DNA from: Thermodesulfobacteriota bacterium | Lineage (GTDB): Bacteria > Desulfobacterota > Binatia > Bin18 | Assembly: GCA_964291405.2 (NCBI GenBank) | Contig: OZ219926.1 | Location: forward strand, 1,696,001 to 1,760,000 | Direction of reading: 5' to 3' | Length of the DNA: 64,000 bases | Shown here: piece after piece, positions 29,914 through 40,253 of the stretch | How the letters are laid out: each line of letters opens with the position of its first letter | How positions within the stretch are numbered: the first letter of the stretch is position 1 | The notes under the pieces: generated by a model | Seen by the model: the letters and a program-made list of their open reading frames with translations, nothing else | Database searches by the model: none | Told to the model about the DNA's origin: nothing | Program-made: the position numbers and the translations under genes

Positions 29914-30711
29914 ATGCCAGCAGACCCCTCCCGTGTTGACTTGCTGCTCCAGTATGCGTTGCTCGTTGCTGGAGAGCAGGATGAGTTCTTAGACCGCCGG
30001 CTCGGACCAATTCACCTGATTAAGTATGTGTATTTGGCCGACCTTTTCTATGCGAAACGAAACAACGGCGTTACCTTTACCGGAACAGAATGGCAATTTT
30101 ACAAATTCGGTCCGTGGTCCCAATCGGTTTACGAGCGTATTGAGCCCGCACTCAGCGCTATCGATGCGGAGAGACAGTCTTTTGAGAGCAATTATGAAGA
30201 GAAGGAGGATTGGGTTCGTTGGTCTCTGAGCGATGAAGGGCAATTAGAAGAGATAGGGAACCAACTACCATTTGCGATAACTTCGGGACTGAAAGCAGAT
30301 GTGCGGCAATTCGGGCAAGACACGCAGGGCCTGCTGCATTACGTTTATAGGACGGAACCCATGCTATCTGCCGCGCCCAATGAGCTTTTGGACTTTACAG
30401 TTGTCACCCAGAACATCTCAATGGATGAACCTGTTACAACACCGCTGAGAATGGATAGCTTATCGAACAAGAAAAAGAATCAATTCAAAGAGCGAATGCG
30501 GGAATTACGAGATCGGCATAAAAACAGAGAGCGCAGAGAGCACAAGCTGATTAACCCCGTCGCAGACGCCCGTTATGACGATGTTTATACCGAGGGCATG
30601 AACTGGCTCGATAGCCTCGCCGGCGAGCCATTACGGGAAGGTGAACATGTCGTCCAATTCTCGGACGAGGTGTGGAAATCCGCTACCAGGAAAGGCGAGG
30701 ATGTATCCTGA
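29914..30711 (+). CDS. Panacea/DUF4065 (SocA-like) antitoxin-domain protein
   Basis: LIKYVYLAD...WQFYKFGPW signature; more AT-rich than the flanks. Confidence 0.65.
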   Translation: MPADPSRVDLLLQYALLVAGEQDEFLDRRLGPIHLIKYVYLADLFYAKRNNGVTFTGTEWQFYKFGPWSQSVYERIEPALSAIDAERQSFESNYEEKEDWVRWSLSDEGQLEEIGNQLPFAITSGLKADVRQFGQDTQGLLHYVYRTEPMLSAAPNELLDFTVVTQNISMDEPVTTPLRMDSLSNKKKNQFKERMRELRDRHKNRERREHKLINPVADARYDDVYTEGMNWLDSLAGEPLREGEHVVQFSDEVWKSATRKGEDVS

Positions 30712-30754
30712 GGACTGCGTACAGTCAATTATTCAGCCAGGCGATTGGTGGTGA
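30701..30754 (+). pseudogene. Probable truncated partner (toxin?) gene, 17 codons
   Basis: ATG overlaps the antitoxin 3' end with GAGG upstream; MYPEDCVQSIIQPGDWW* ends just before the repeat at 30766. Confidence 0.4.
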
Positions 30755-30765
30755 TGTCCAACATA

Positions 30766-30816
30766 GTCTGAACTGTGATTTGTGGGATTGGTAGGATTAG
30801 CAGGATTTAGGGGATT
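30766..30816. repeat. GATT-periodic repeat arm, left end of the GxxExxY cassette
   Basis: GTCTGAACTGTGATTT followed by about 9-bp-period GGATT units; inverse of 31651-31683. Confidence 0.75.
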
Positions 30817-31226
30817 TATGGAGTGCGTTGATTCTTTTGGTTGAGCTTCTTGTTGGTGACTCGTTTGAATTCGAGGCTTCTGGCTCCAAAATTGATGAGC
30901 AAGCCGACTTCCAGATCATACGCCTCCAGGTAGTTGATGGCCTGGGCCAGATGAACGTCTTCCAGTTGGATAATAGCCTTCAATTCCACACAGACAACAT
31001 TACCCACCAGGAAATCCACCCGTCTCGTCCCGATGTGTTGGCCTTTGTAGTAAATCGGCATGACATGTTCGCGGCTGAAAGGAATGCCTTGGTCCGCCAG
31101 TTCGATTTCTAATGCCCGCTGATAAATCACCTCCTGAAAGCCATTCCCCAGAGCCGAATGCACCGTCATAGCACACCCGATGATCTGGCCGGTCAGCTCC
31201 GAATACTTATGCTCCTTTCTCATCAT
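30816..31226 (-). CDS. GxxExxY protein (PD-(D/E)XK nuclease superfamily)
   Basis: LGNGFQEVIYQRAL, RVDFLV, VELKA, AQAINYL, GLLINFG. Confidence 0.93.
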   Translation of the reverse strand: MMRKEHKYSELTGQIIGCAMTVHSALGNGFQEVIYQRALEIELADQGIPFSREHVMPIYYKGQHIGTRRVDFLVGNVVCVELKAIIQLEDVHLAQAINYLEAYDLEVGLLINFGARSLEFKRVTNKKLNQKNQRTP

Positions 31227-31251
31227 CACAGCCCGTCTCTTTGCACGAAAA

Positions 31252-31449
31252 TCACGGCACCGGCAATCCATCTTCTTGGAGCGCGTCGATGTACCCCTCA
31301 ATCGCCTCTTCGATATTGGCAATCGCCTCCTGCTTCGTCGCCCCTTGGCTGATGCAACCGGACAGGCTTGGGCATTCGGCGACCCAATAGCCATCTTCGC
31401 CGGGGTAGATCACCACTTGTCTCGTAGTTTCTCTGATCCAATCAGTCAC
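31252..31449 (-). CDS. hicB: HicB family antitoxin, possibly degraded
   Basis: EDGYWVAECPSLSGCISQGATKQEAIANIEEAI; the usual MRQV start reads ACG-AGA-CAA; no hicA nearby. Confidence 0.75.
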   Translation of the reverse strand: MTDWIRETTRQVVIYPGEDGYWVAECPSLSGCISQGATKQEAIANIEEAIEGYIDALQEDGLPVP

Positions 31450-31453
31450 AGCC

Positions 31454-31634
31454 TAGAGCGTTTTACTATAGGCTGTAGCCCTGCCGTTACGTGCTCGTCA
31501 TGTCGGACGCGCTCCGGCATCCCTGCTTCGACTTCGCTCCGCTACGCTCAGCACGAACGGCAGACCGTTAGTCCTGAGCGGCAGGCGCAACGCGCCTGAA
31601 GTCGAAGGGCTACACGGAATCGTAATTTGCTCTA
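31454..31634. mobile_element. IS630-type MITE (about 180 bp) containing a REP-like hairpin
   Basis: Ends CTAGAGCGTTTTACTATAGGCTGTAGCCC and CTAGAGCAAATTACGATTCCGTGTAGCCC (reverse complement) resemble the IS630 ends at 3489/4509; internal CTTCGACTTC...GAAGTCGAAG stem. Confidence 0.7.
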
Positions 31635-31642
31635 GCCCTCTT

Positions 31643-31683
31643 CATCCATCAATCCCATAAATCTCGTAAATCACAGTTCAGAC
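31643..31683. repeat. AATC-periodic repeat arm, right end of the GxxExxY cassette
   Basis: AAATCACAGTTCAGAC (31668-31683) is the perfect inverse of 30766-30781. Confidence 0.75.
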
Positions 31684-32289
31684 GAATTGGTTCAACGACA
31701 CATAGTCCTTCACATACTCGGGAATGAGCGCGCGGTATCTCTCCGGCACGGCCCGGAAGTCGCCGATGGAAAAAACCGGAGAGGTGGCCAGCCTGGCGAA
31801 CTGCCGCTTGTCGATGATGTCACGGGTGTAGCCGTCGGTGGTGTACGCCTTAAAGTAGGTCTTGATAGCCGCGACGGAGTCCGCCCGTGTTGGCGTATGG
31901 TCGGTGACAAACTTGGTAAATTCTTCCTCCAGCAGTTCGTCCTTGGATTTGAAGCGCGGGATGATGTCAAAGACTCTTTCCAGGATTTCACGCAGGGTCA
32001 GACGGCGGTCCACAGCGGCAGCTTTGCGCAGCTTGGCGAGGGTGTAGTGCTCCTCGGCCTTGGCCTCCAGCACGATGAGCGGGAAGCCCTTAGCGTCGAG
32101 CATCAGAAAGTCGATATAGCCTTTTTTCGTGTTCTCGAAGTTCTCGCCCAAACCGTCCAGGTCGGACGCCTTTATCGTGACGCTGGGTTCAAGCTGGATA
32201 TTGGCGGGTTGGTCACCGTCGGCAAAGAAACGCCAGCCGGCGGCTTCGAGCAGCGTATTGATCTTGATACGAGCGGTGGCTTCGTTCAT
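31678..32289 (-). pseudogene. hsdR: Type I restriction endonuclease R subunit remnant with large in-frame internal deletion
   Basis: N-terminal nuclease (EATARIKIN..LEAAGW, YIDF, LEAK) joined directly to a C-terminal DRRLTLREIL segment; no helicase motifs. Confidence 0.75.
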
Positions 32290-32340
32290 TCCGTAGTCAT
32301 CCTCATACAGTTGTGTTATATCTTGATCTCTCCTCATAGA

Positions 32341-32397
32341 CATCCCTGAATCCCATAAATCATGGTCAATCATAGTTAATCACAGTCAATCATGGTC
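32341..32397. repeat. AATC 9/10-mer tandem repeat abutting the rpe start
   Basis: AATCCCATA-AATCATGGTC-AATCATAGTT-AATCACAGTC-AATCATGGTC; 32341-32361 matches 31643-31663 at 19/21. Confidence 0.7.
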
Positions 32398-33057
32398 CAG
32401 ATTTTCCCCTCGATTCTCTCCGCCGACTTTCGATGTCTCGGCCAACAAATTGCCGAGGTCGAGCAGGCTGGCGCGGACCGTATCCACATCGATGTGATGG
32501 ATGGCTGTTTTGTGCCCAACATCACCATTGGTCCGCTGGTTGTCGAGGCTGCCCGCAAGAGCACCAGCCTGCCACTCGATGTCCACTTGATGATTGTTGA
32601 GCCCGAGCGGTATCTGGCCGATTTCGCCAGCGCCGGTGCGGATATCATCCTGGTGCATCAGGAAGCCTGCCCGCATCTGCACCGGACCGTTGAGCAGATC
32701 AAACAGCTCGATAAGCAAGCCGGGGTCGTGCTCAACCCCAGCACCCCAATTACCAGCCTCGAAGAGGTGATCGATATCCTCGATCAGGTTCTCATCATGA
32801 GCGTGAATCCCGGTTTTGGCGGGCAGCGCTTTATCAGTTCGAGCACGCAGAAAGTCCGTCGCCTCCAACGGCTGTTGCAGGAACGTGGAGCCCAGGCGGC
32901 GATTGAGATTGACGGCGGCATTGATCCGACCACGGCTCCGGCGGTTGTGGCTGCGGGAGCCTCTCTGCTGGTAGCCGGTTCCGCCGTCTTTGGCGCGCCG
33001 GGCGGCCCAGGCGAGGGCGTACGGCGGCTGCGTGCCAGTCTCTCACAGCAGTCGTAG
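32392..33057 (+). CDS. rpe: Ribulose-phosphate 3-epimerase
   Basis: [41 protein letters not shown]. Confidence 0.96.
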   Translation: MVQIFPSILSADFRCLGQQIAEVEQAGADRIHIDVMDGCFVPNITIGPLVVEAARKSTSLPLDVHLMIVEPERYLADFASAGADIILVHQEACPHLHRTVEQIKQLDKQAGVVLNPSTPITSLEEVIDILDQVLIMSVNPGFGGQRFISSSTQKVRRLQRLLQERGAQAAIEIDGGIDPTTAPAVVAAGASLLVAGSAVFGAPGGPGEGVRRLRASLSQQS

Positions 33058-33079
33058 GCCGGGCATTCGCCGACGCTGT

Positions 33080-34525
33080 CTATTTTTTCCGTTTGCTCTG
33101 CTGCAACAGATCGCCCAGGCTGAGTCCAAACCCCTGCCGTTGTTGGCTTGAAGCCAGATACGCCTGGGTTTCCGCCTGCTCTTCGTGTGCGCGTACCTTG
33201 GTGCGGGACAGGCGGATGCGTCTCCCCTCTTCTTCGACTGCCAGGACGGCAACCTTCACCTCAGTGCCAGGCGGAAACTCTTTGCGGTGGTCGGTTCCAC
33301 GCGGCGTCCCCATCTCCGCATTGGGAATCAGTCCGGTCTGCCCAGGGCCGAGCCGGACAAATACCCCGAACGACTCCACCCGCTCAACGGTGCCGGTGAG
33401 AATCGTTCCGGTCGTCAGCTCCAGTTCCTCGGCGTGATCGCCCGGAGCGAGCCCCTCTGGGGCCAAGGCCAGGGCAATCCGTCGCTCCTCAGGGTCAATC
33501 GAGAGGATGAGAACGGTTATTTCCTGATTGGTCGTGGTCGCCTCTTTGATTACGCCCTGTTGGCTGCGGGGAATTTCGCTCACGTGCAGCAACCCATCAA
33601 CGCCAGGGAGCAGTTCGACAAAGACGCCGAAGTCAGTCATCCGAATCAGACGGCCGGTCACCACCTGCCGTTCGCGCAGTTGTACGCTGACAGTACTCCA
33701 GGGGTCGTCTTCCAGGGCTTTCAGACTCAGCCCGACCTTGCCGCTTTCCGCGTCCATGCTGAGCACTTTGACTGTGACTGCTTCGCCCACGCTCAGATGA
33801 TCGGCCGGCCTTCCCAGCCGAGAGTGGCTAATCTCGGAGACATGCACCAAGCCCTGTACGCCCCCAAGGTCGATAAACGCACCGAAATTGGTCAGCGAGG
33901 CGACTGTCCCCGGCAGGACTGCCCCTGGAAACAACTTCTGCCGCGTCTCTTCTGCGGCGCGCTCAGCCTGCTCTTCGAGGAGTCGGCGACGGGAAAGAAC
34001 GATATTCCTCTCGCTGTACTGCGTGACGTAAAACTCAAACGTTTGGTTGAAAAATTCCTCAGGGGAATCAGGCCGGTGGAGGCTCATCTGAGAGAATGGA
34101 CAAAAGGCCCGCATCCCGGCGACCGTCACTTCGTAGCCCCCTTTGGTCTCCCGCGTGACCGTGCCTTCCACCGGCAAGGTGTTCTCCACGGCGAGGGCTA
34201 AGCGCTGGCGTGCTTGCGCGCCCTTAAGCAGTTTGCGTGACAGTCGGAGTTCTCCTTCGGTTGAGAGCACGGTGGCTTCCACCTCATCTCCAACGACAAT
34301 GTCAAACTCACCCTGCTCGTTTTCGAGTTCGGCCCGGTCAATAATCCCCTCCCCTTTATCCCGAACATCAATGAAGACGCTATCCGCGCTGATAAGGATG
34401 ACCCGACCCTTCACCACCTGGCCACTGCTCAGCGCCGGTCCGGTCTGTTCCTGTTCGAGCAGGGCGGCAAAGCTCTCTTCAGTCATGGCCTCTTCAGGAG
34501 GCGGTTGTTCTGGCTTGTCGCTCAT
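33080..34525 (-). CDS. Multi-S1-domain RNA-binding protein (ribosomal protein S1 homolog)
   Basis: ESFAALLE start, about five S1 repeats (FGAFIDLGGVQGLVHVSEI, FGVFVEL), SLGDLL tail. Confidence 0.88.
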   Translation of the reverse strand: MSDKPEQPPPEEAMTEESFAALLEQEQTGPALSSGQVVKGRVILISADSVFIDVRDKGEGIIDRAELENEQGEFDIVVGDEVEATVLSTEGELRLSRKLLKGAQARQRLALAVENTLPVEGTVTRETKGGYEVTVAGMRAFCPFSQMSLHRPDSPEEFFNQTFEFYVTQYSERNIVLSRRRLLEEQAERAAEETRQKLFPGAVLPGTVASLTNFGAFIDLGGVQGLVHVSEISHSRLGRPADHLSVGEAVTVKVLSMDAESGKVGLSLKALEDDPWSTVSVQLRERQVVTGRLIRMTDFGVFVELLPGVDGLLHVSEIPRSQQGVIKEATTTNQEITVLILSIDPEERRIALALAPEGLAPGDHAEELELTTGTILTGTVERVESFGVFVRLGPGQTGLIPNAEMGTPRGTDHRKEFPPGTEVKVAVLAVEEEGRRIRLSRTKVRAHEEQAETQAYLASSQQRQGFGLSLGDLLQQSKRKK

Positions 34526-37500
34526 GCGGCTCTCCCTGTTCCCTTTCAAACAGACGACTATAACACGCCCGAATCGCTTCCCGCTGGCGGTGGTACTCGG
34601 CCAAGACACGCGGGCCTGCCTCGGCTCCTTCGTAGCCCATCCGCCGGGCCAGGGACGTCAACTGCTCGGCATTTCGCTCAAGCGCCTCAACCGGCTGATC
34701 GCGTTCAATCCGGAGTCGGTTTTCGAGCCGGCGCAGGAACTGGTAGCCGCGCTTGAGCAGCCGGCTCTCTTCACGAGAGAGCACCTGACATGCTCTCAGG
34801 GCGTCCAGGGTAGAGAGGGTATCCCGATGCCGCAATGCAGGAAGACGGTGACCATAGCGCAGTTGCAACATCTGCACAAGAAACTCGACATCGACCAGAC
34901 CGCCGCGGCCCGTTTTAATATTAAACCGCTCGCTCGTCTCTCCGGCCAACTCGGATTCCATCCGGCCGCGCAAGCGCTGAATCTCAGCCACATCCGTGGC
35001 CCGAATGGGCTCGCTATAGACGTAGTGCTCAAACAGGGCATTCACCCGAGCGGCCAGACCGGAGTCTCCCGCTACGGCGCGGGCTTTAATGAGCGCTTGT
35101 CGTTCCCAGAGTTGCGCCTGGGTCTGATGATAGCGGGTAAAGGCAGCCATCGAAGACACCAGGGAGCCGGCGCGGCCAGAGGGTCGCAAACGGGTATCGA
35201 TTTTATACGCCGCGCCCTCACGCGTTTGGACTTGGAGGACCGAAATCAAGCGCTGGACCAGCTTGGCAAAAATTTCTTGAGCGGCGAGGTCTGACCCGTC
35301 CTGTCCGGTCGAGGACGAGGAGTCTGGTTCGTACAGGAAGATGAGGTCCAGATCCGAGTTATAGTTTAACTCGCGTGCGCCCAGTTTTCCCATGCCCACA
35401 ATCACAATCCGGCCGGGCAGGTCCGTCTGCCCTAATTTTTCCAACAGTGCCGCGCGGGCGGTCTCATACGCCCCGTGGAGACAGGCCTCCGCCAAGTATG
35501 ACAGCTGGACGCTCACCGACGGGAAATCAAGCTGTCCGTTGGTGTCGTTAATGCCGATGCGCAGAAACTCCTCATGTCGATATTCACGCAGAATATCGAG
35601 CCGATCCTCAAGCTCCGGAGCCCCGGTAATGCGAGCCATCAACTCGTCCCGCATCAGCTCTTGAGATTTGTACAAATGGACCAAGTCGGCCCGGACCAGA
35701 CTGTCGAGCAATTCCGGTCGGCGTAAAAAGATGCGAGACAGATAGGAACTGGTGCCGAACAGACCGATGAGCGTTCGCAGGGTGTGCGGGTTCTCACGCA
35801 GGAGTGATAAAAAGCTTGAGCGCGCGCCGATCGACGCGATCAGATCTGCCATGGAGGCTAAGGCCCGGTCGGGGTCTGCCGACCGGCAGACTTCATGGAA
35901 GAGGGTTGGGGCAAGGGCATACAACAGCTCGCGCCGCCGCGGCGGCGCCGGAGCATACGACGGGCCATCGTGCAGCAGGCGCAGACGCTCATATGTGTGG
36001 GTCAGCTCACGAAACCCAAGCTGTTTCAGACGCTGCTGTGCCCGTTCAGGATCGGACAATTCGTCGAAGAGGGCTTCAATGGCTGCCTGCTCCTCAGTTC
36101 CATCGGCCTCGGAGCTGCCTTCGGGAACGTGGAAAAGCGAGCGAAAAATCGTGTGGACCGCCCGCGTATGATCCTGGAGGGTCGTCAGGAAAACGGCGAG
36201 CGCGTCCTGGGCGGCGTCGGTCTGACCCGCAACCCGTAGACGACGCGCCAATGCCCGCAGGTCGTCTTCAGAGCCGGGGAGCGTATGCGTTTGGCGGTCA
36301 TGCACCATTTGTATTTTGTGCTCGACCTGACGCAGGAAGCGGTAGGCCGCGGCCAGCGCATCTCGGTCTGCGGCGGCGAGGTAGGTCCCCTCAACCAAAC
36401 GGTCGAGGACCTCCAGGGTGTTCCGTCCCAAGACGCGTGGGTCTTTTCCGGCATGGATGAGTTGCAGGACTTGGGTCACAAATTCGATTTCTCGTATCCC
36501 GCCCCGCCCGAGCTTGACGTTCAACCGCTCCCGGTCGGTCCGATGCAGTGAGCGTTCAATCCGCATCTTCAGCTCTTTGGTATCCTCGACCATGGTGAAG
36601 TCGAGGTAACGGCGCAAGATAAACGGCGCGACCTCACGTAAAAAGCGCTCGCCCAGGGCTTGCTCTCCGGCAATAGGTCGCGCCTTGAGCAGAGCCAGAC
36701 GTTCCCAGGTCTGACCCCAGGACTCATAATACAACAGCGTATTGGCGAGAGAATTGACAATCTGACCGTTCGTCCCATCCGGCCGTAGACGGAGGTCAAC
36801 CCGGAAGACAAGCCCCCCGGTGCCGGAGATGCTGAGGGCCTGGGTGAGATGCTGGGCGAGCTCGGTAAAATAGGTCCGGGTGTCAATTTGACCCTTTTTT
36901 CCGCCAGTTGTGAGGCCGGCGTCACATTCGTACAGATAGATGAGGTCGATGTCCGAACTGAAATTCAGCTCTTCTCCCCCGAGCTTGCCCATGCCAAACA
37001 CAACGAAGGCAATCGGGTGTTTTTCTCCCGCCTCTTCAATACCGGCTTCACCGTAGTCCCGCTCCATTCTGGCCCGCGTGTATTCGTAGGCAATCTGGAC
37101 GGCAGTGTCGGCCAGGGCGCTCAAATCGCGGGTCGTCTCTTCAAGGGAGGCCCGAGCAAGCAGGTCTCGCGTTCCAATCCGTAGATATTCACGATTACGG
37201 TAGGCTCGCAGTCCGCGTAAAAAATCGCCTTCAGGCAGATCACACGAGAGGGCTGGGCGGCACACCTGGAGGTGGGTAGCGGTCGATTTTTCCGCAGCAC
37301 CGCGATCGGTCAAAAAGGCGGCCTCCCAGTCCTGTTCCTGCTGGATCAAGACATTCGAGAGATGTTGACTTGCCCCCAAAAGAAACAGCAGGTCACGGGA
37401 TAGCTCGGCGGACTGGAGCACGGTTCCCGTCCCAAAACCATGTTCCAGCAGGCGGCTCAGATTGACCGCGGCTAAAGAGGGGTCTGGAGCTTGGGCAACT

Positions 37501-37622
37501 CCAGCGATGATATGGTGCCAGCAGGACGTCAGCTGTCCGCGCAACGGTAGCAGAGGGCGAAGGATGTCGGAAGAAACCTCCCCGGATATGGGTTCTGAAC
37601 TGGCGTCAGACAGAGCAGGCAC
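34494..37622 (-). CDS. glnE: Bifunctional glutamine synthetase adenylyltransferase/deadenylylase
   Basis: Two nucleotidyltransferase domains: GMGKLGGEELNFSSDIDL and GMGKLGARELNYNSDLDL; WERLAL/WERQAL; KLGRGG/KTGRGG. Confidence 0.96.
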   Translation of the reverse strand: MPALSDASSEPISGEVSSDILRPLLPLRGQLTSCWHHIIAGVAQAPDPSLAAVNLSRLLEHGFGTGTVLQSAELSRDLLFLLGASQHLSNVLIQQEQDWEAAFLTDRGAAEKSTATHLQVCRPALSCDLPEGDFLRGLRAYRNREYLRIGTRDLLARASLEETTRDLSALADTAVQIAYEYTRARMERDYGEAGIEEAGEKHPIAFVVFGMGKLGGEELNFSSDIDLIYLYECDAGLTTGGKKGQIDTRTYFTELAQHLTQALSISGTGGLVFRVDLRLRPDGTNGQIVNSLANTLLYYESWGQTWERLALLKARPIAGEQALGERFLREVAPFILRRYLDFTMVEDTKELKMRIERSLHRTDRERLNVKLGRGGIREIEFVTQVLQLIHAGKDPRVLGRNTLEVLDRLVEGTYLAAADRDALAAAYRFLRQVEHKIQMVHDRQTHTLPGSEDDLRALARRLRVAGQTDAAQDALAVFLTTLQDHTRAVHTIFRSLFHVPEGSSEADGTEEQAAIEALFDELSDPERAQQRLKQLGFRELTHTYERLRLLHDGPSYAPAPPRRRELLYALAPTLFHEVCRSADPDRALASMADLIASIGARSSFLSLLRENPHTLRTLIGLFGTSSYLSRIFLRRPELLDSLVRADLVHLYKSQELMRDELMARITGAPELEDRLDILREYRHEEFLRIGINDTNGQLDFPSVSVQLSYLAEACLHGAYETARAALLEKLGQTDLPGRIVIVGMGKLGARELNYNSDLDLIFLYEPDSSSSTGQDGSDLAAQEIFAKLVQRLISVLQVQTREGAAYKIDTRLRPSGRAGSLVSSMAAFTRYHQTQAQLWERQALIKARAVAGDSGLAARVNALFEHYVYSEPIRATDVAEIQRLRGRMESELAGETSERFNIKTGRGGLVDVEFLVQMLQLRYGHRLPALRHRDTLSTLDALRACQVLSREESRLLKRGYQFLRRLENRLRIERDQPVEALERNAEQLTSLARRMGYEGAEAGPRVLAEYHRQREAIRACYSRLFEREQGEPHERQARTTAS

Positions 37623-37682
37623 TATATCTATGGCGGGGCACGCTGTCCGTACCCCGCCCTCTCTACATCAGCAAGTGAGCAG

Positions 37683-38288
37683 CTAAGCAGCCTTGGGAGC
37701 GCTCAGGGTCTCACACGCATCCAGCAGCCATTTAATGCTCGACATTTCATCGTCAATAATGGTCCGCAGGAGCTCTTTGGTCTGCTGATCGTCCTGAATC
37801 TGATCAATAGAATCGGTGAGCGGCTTTAAGATGGCCTCGGGATCTTTGAGCAGATCGGCAAGGGATTGGAGCTTTTCCACATCGCCTTTCTCTTTTGACG
37901 AGTAGAAAGGCATTTCCTTGTCCCGCCGCTCGGCTGGTACCGTGCACTGCGGATCCCCACCCAGTTCGCGCAACCGTGCTTCCAAGAGATGGGCGTGAAA
38001 AGCCTCACGCTGCTGGACGGTCCGCAAGCCACCTCTCACACACGCCTCGTCACTGGCCTCAATCCAGCCGTTAAGATATTCCGCGGCAAAGTCTTCTCCG
38101 CACCGGAACTCGTCCAGTAAGGCCAGAATCATGTCTTTCTCGGTGGCGTGACTCACCCCATTGTAGGTATAGGTCGCTGCCCCGCCGTTGGACAGTTCCT
38201 CCATCTGTTCCTCGAACAGCGCGTCCGAGATAACGCCCTTACGGTACGCCTTGAGGAGCTGGCGAACTTCAAAATCTGCGTTTGGCAT
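37683..38288 (-). CDS. Ferritin-like domain protein with short N-terminal SHOCT-like segment
   Basis: YRKGVISDALFEEQM; E..GE, REAFH, DDE helical-bundle pattern; AAGGAG RBS. Confidence 0.6.
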   Translation of the reverse strand: MPNADFEVRQLLKAYRKGVISDALFEEQMEELSNGGAATYTYNGVSHATEKDMILALLDEFRCGEDFAAEYLNGWIEASDEACVRGGLRTVQQREAFHAHLLEARLRELGGDPQCTVPAERRDKEMPFYSSKEKGDVEKLQSLADLLKDPEAILKPLTDSIDQIQDDQQTKELLRTIIDDEMSSIKWLLDACETLSAPKAA

Positions 38289-38364
38289 TGTTTTCTCCTT
38301 TCAGCCTTTTCCCGTCAGATACACGACACATAGCAGACATGCCGGGGGCTGTGTCAACTTCGTC

Positions 38365-38412
38365 TGTTCAGAGTTTAGGCAGTCTGGTTTGCAACTGCTG
38401 CTCTTCTGGGCA
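38365..38412. promoter_or_regulatory. Tandem NtrC-type enhancer boxes
   Basis: TGTTCA-N5-TAGGCA (38365) and TGCTGC-N5-TGGGCA (38396), 31 bp apart, upstream of a sigma54 promoter. Confidence 0.6.
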
Positions 38413-38474
38413 TGCTCTTGTCCCAAGAGCAAAAAAACCGCCTGATTTCTCTCGGCTTTCTCCTGGTACGGGAT

Positions 38475-38490
38475 TGGCATCAGCTTTGCT
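38475..38490 (+). promoter_or_regulatory. Sigma54 -24/-12 promoter of porin-PII-amtB
   Basis: TGGCATCAGCTTTGCT (GG-N10-GC). Confidence 0.8.
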
Positions 38491-38555
38491 GCATAAATGT
38501 ACCGGGAGTGTTCCACCAGAATCCAAGGAACATATTTTTAGCAAGGGGGTAGTAT

Positions 38556-40189
<1,634 letters not shown>

Positions 40190-40205
40190 TCAGAACGACA
40201 ACTCG

Positions 40206-40253
40206 TGCCGGGGCTCTGATGTTGTGAGGGCAATATCGCAAGGAGCCCCGGTA
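40206..40253 (+). other. Long intergenic RNA hairpin between the PII gene and amtB
   Basis: TGCCGGGGCTC/GAGCCCCGGTA outer stem plus TGATGTTG/CAATATCG inner stem. Confidence 0.55.

Noticed and set aside
30766-32397. GATT/AATC repeats as a CRISPR array or integron attC sites
   Set aside because: Units are 9-10 bp and degenerate with no unique spacers or cas genes; GTCTGAAC does not fit RYYYAAC and no integrase is present
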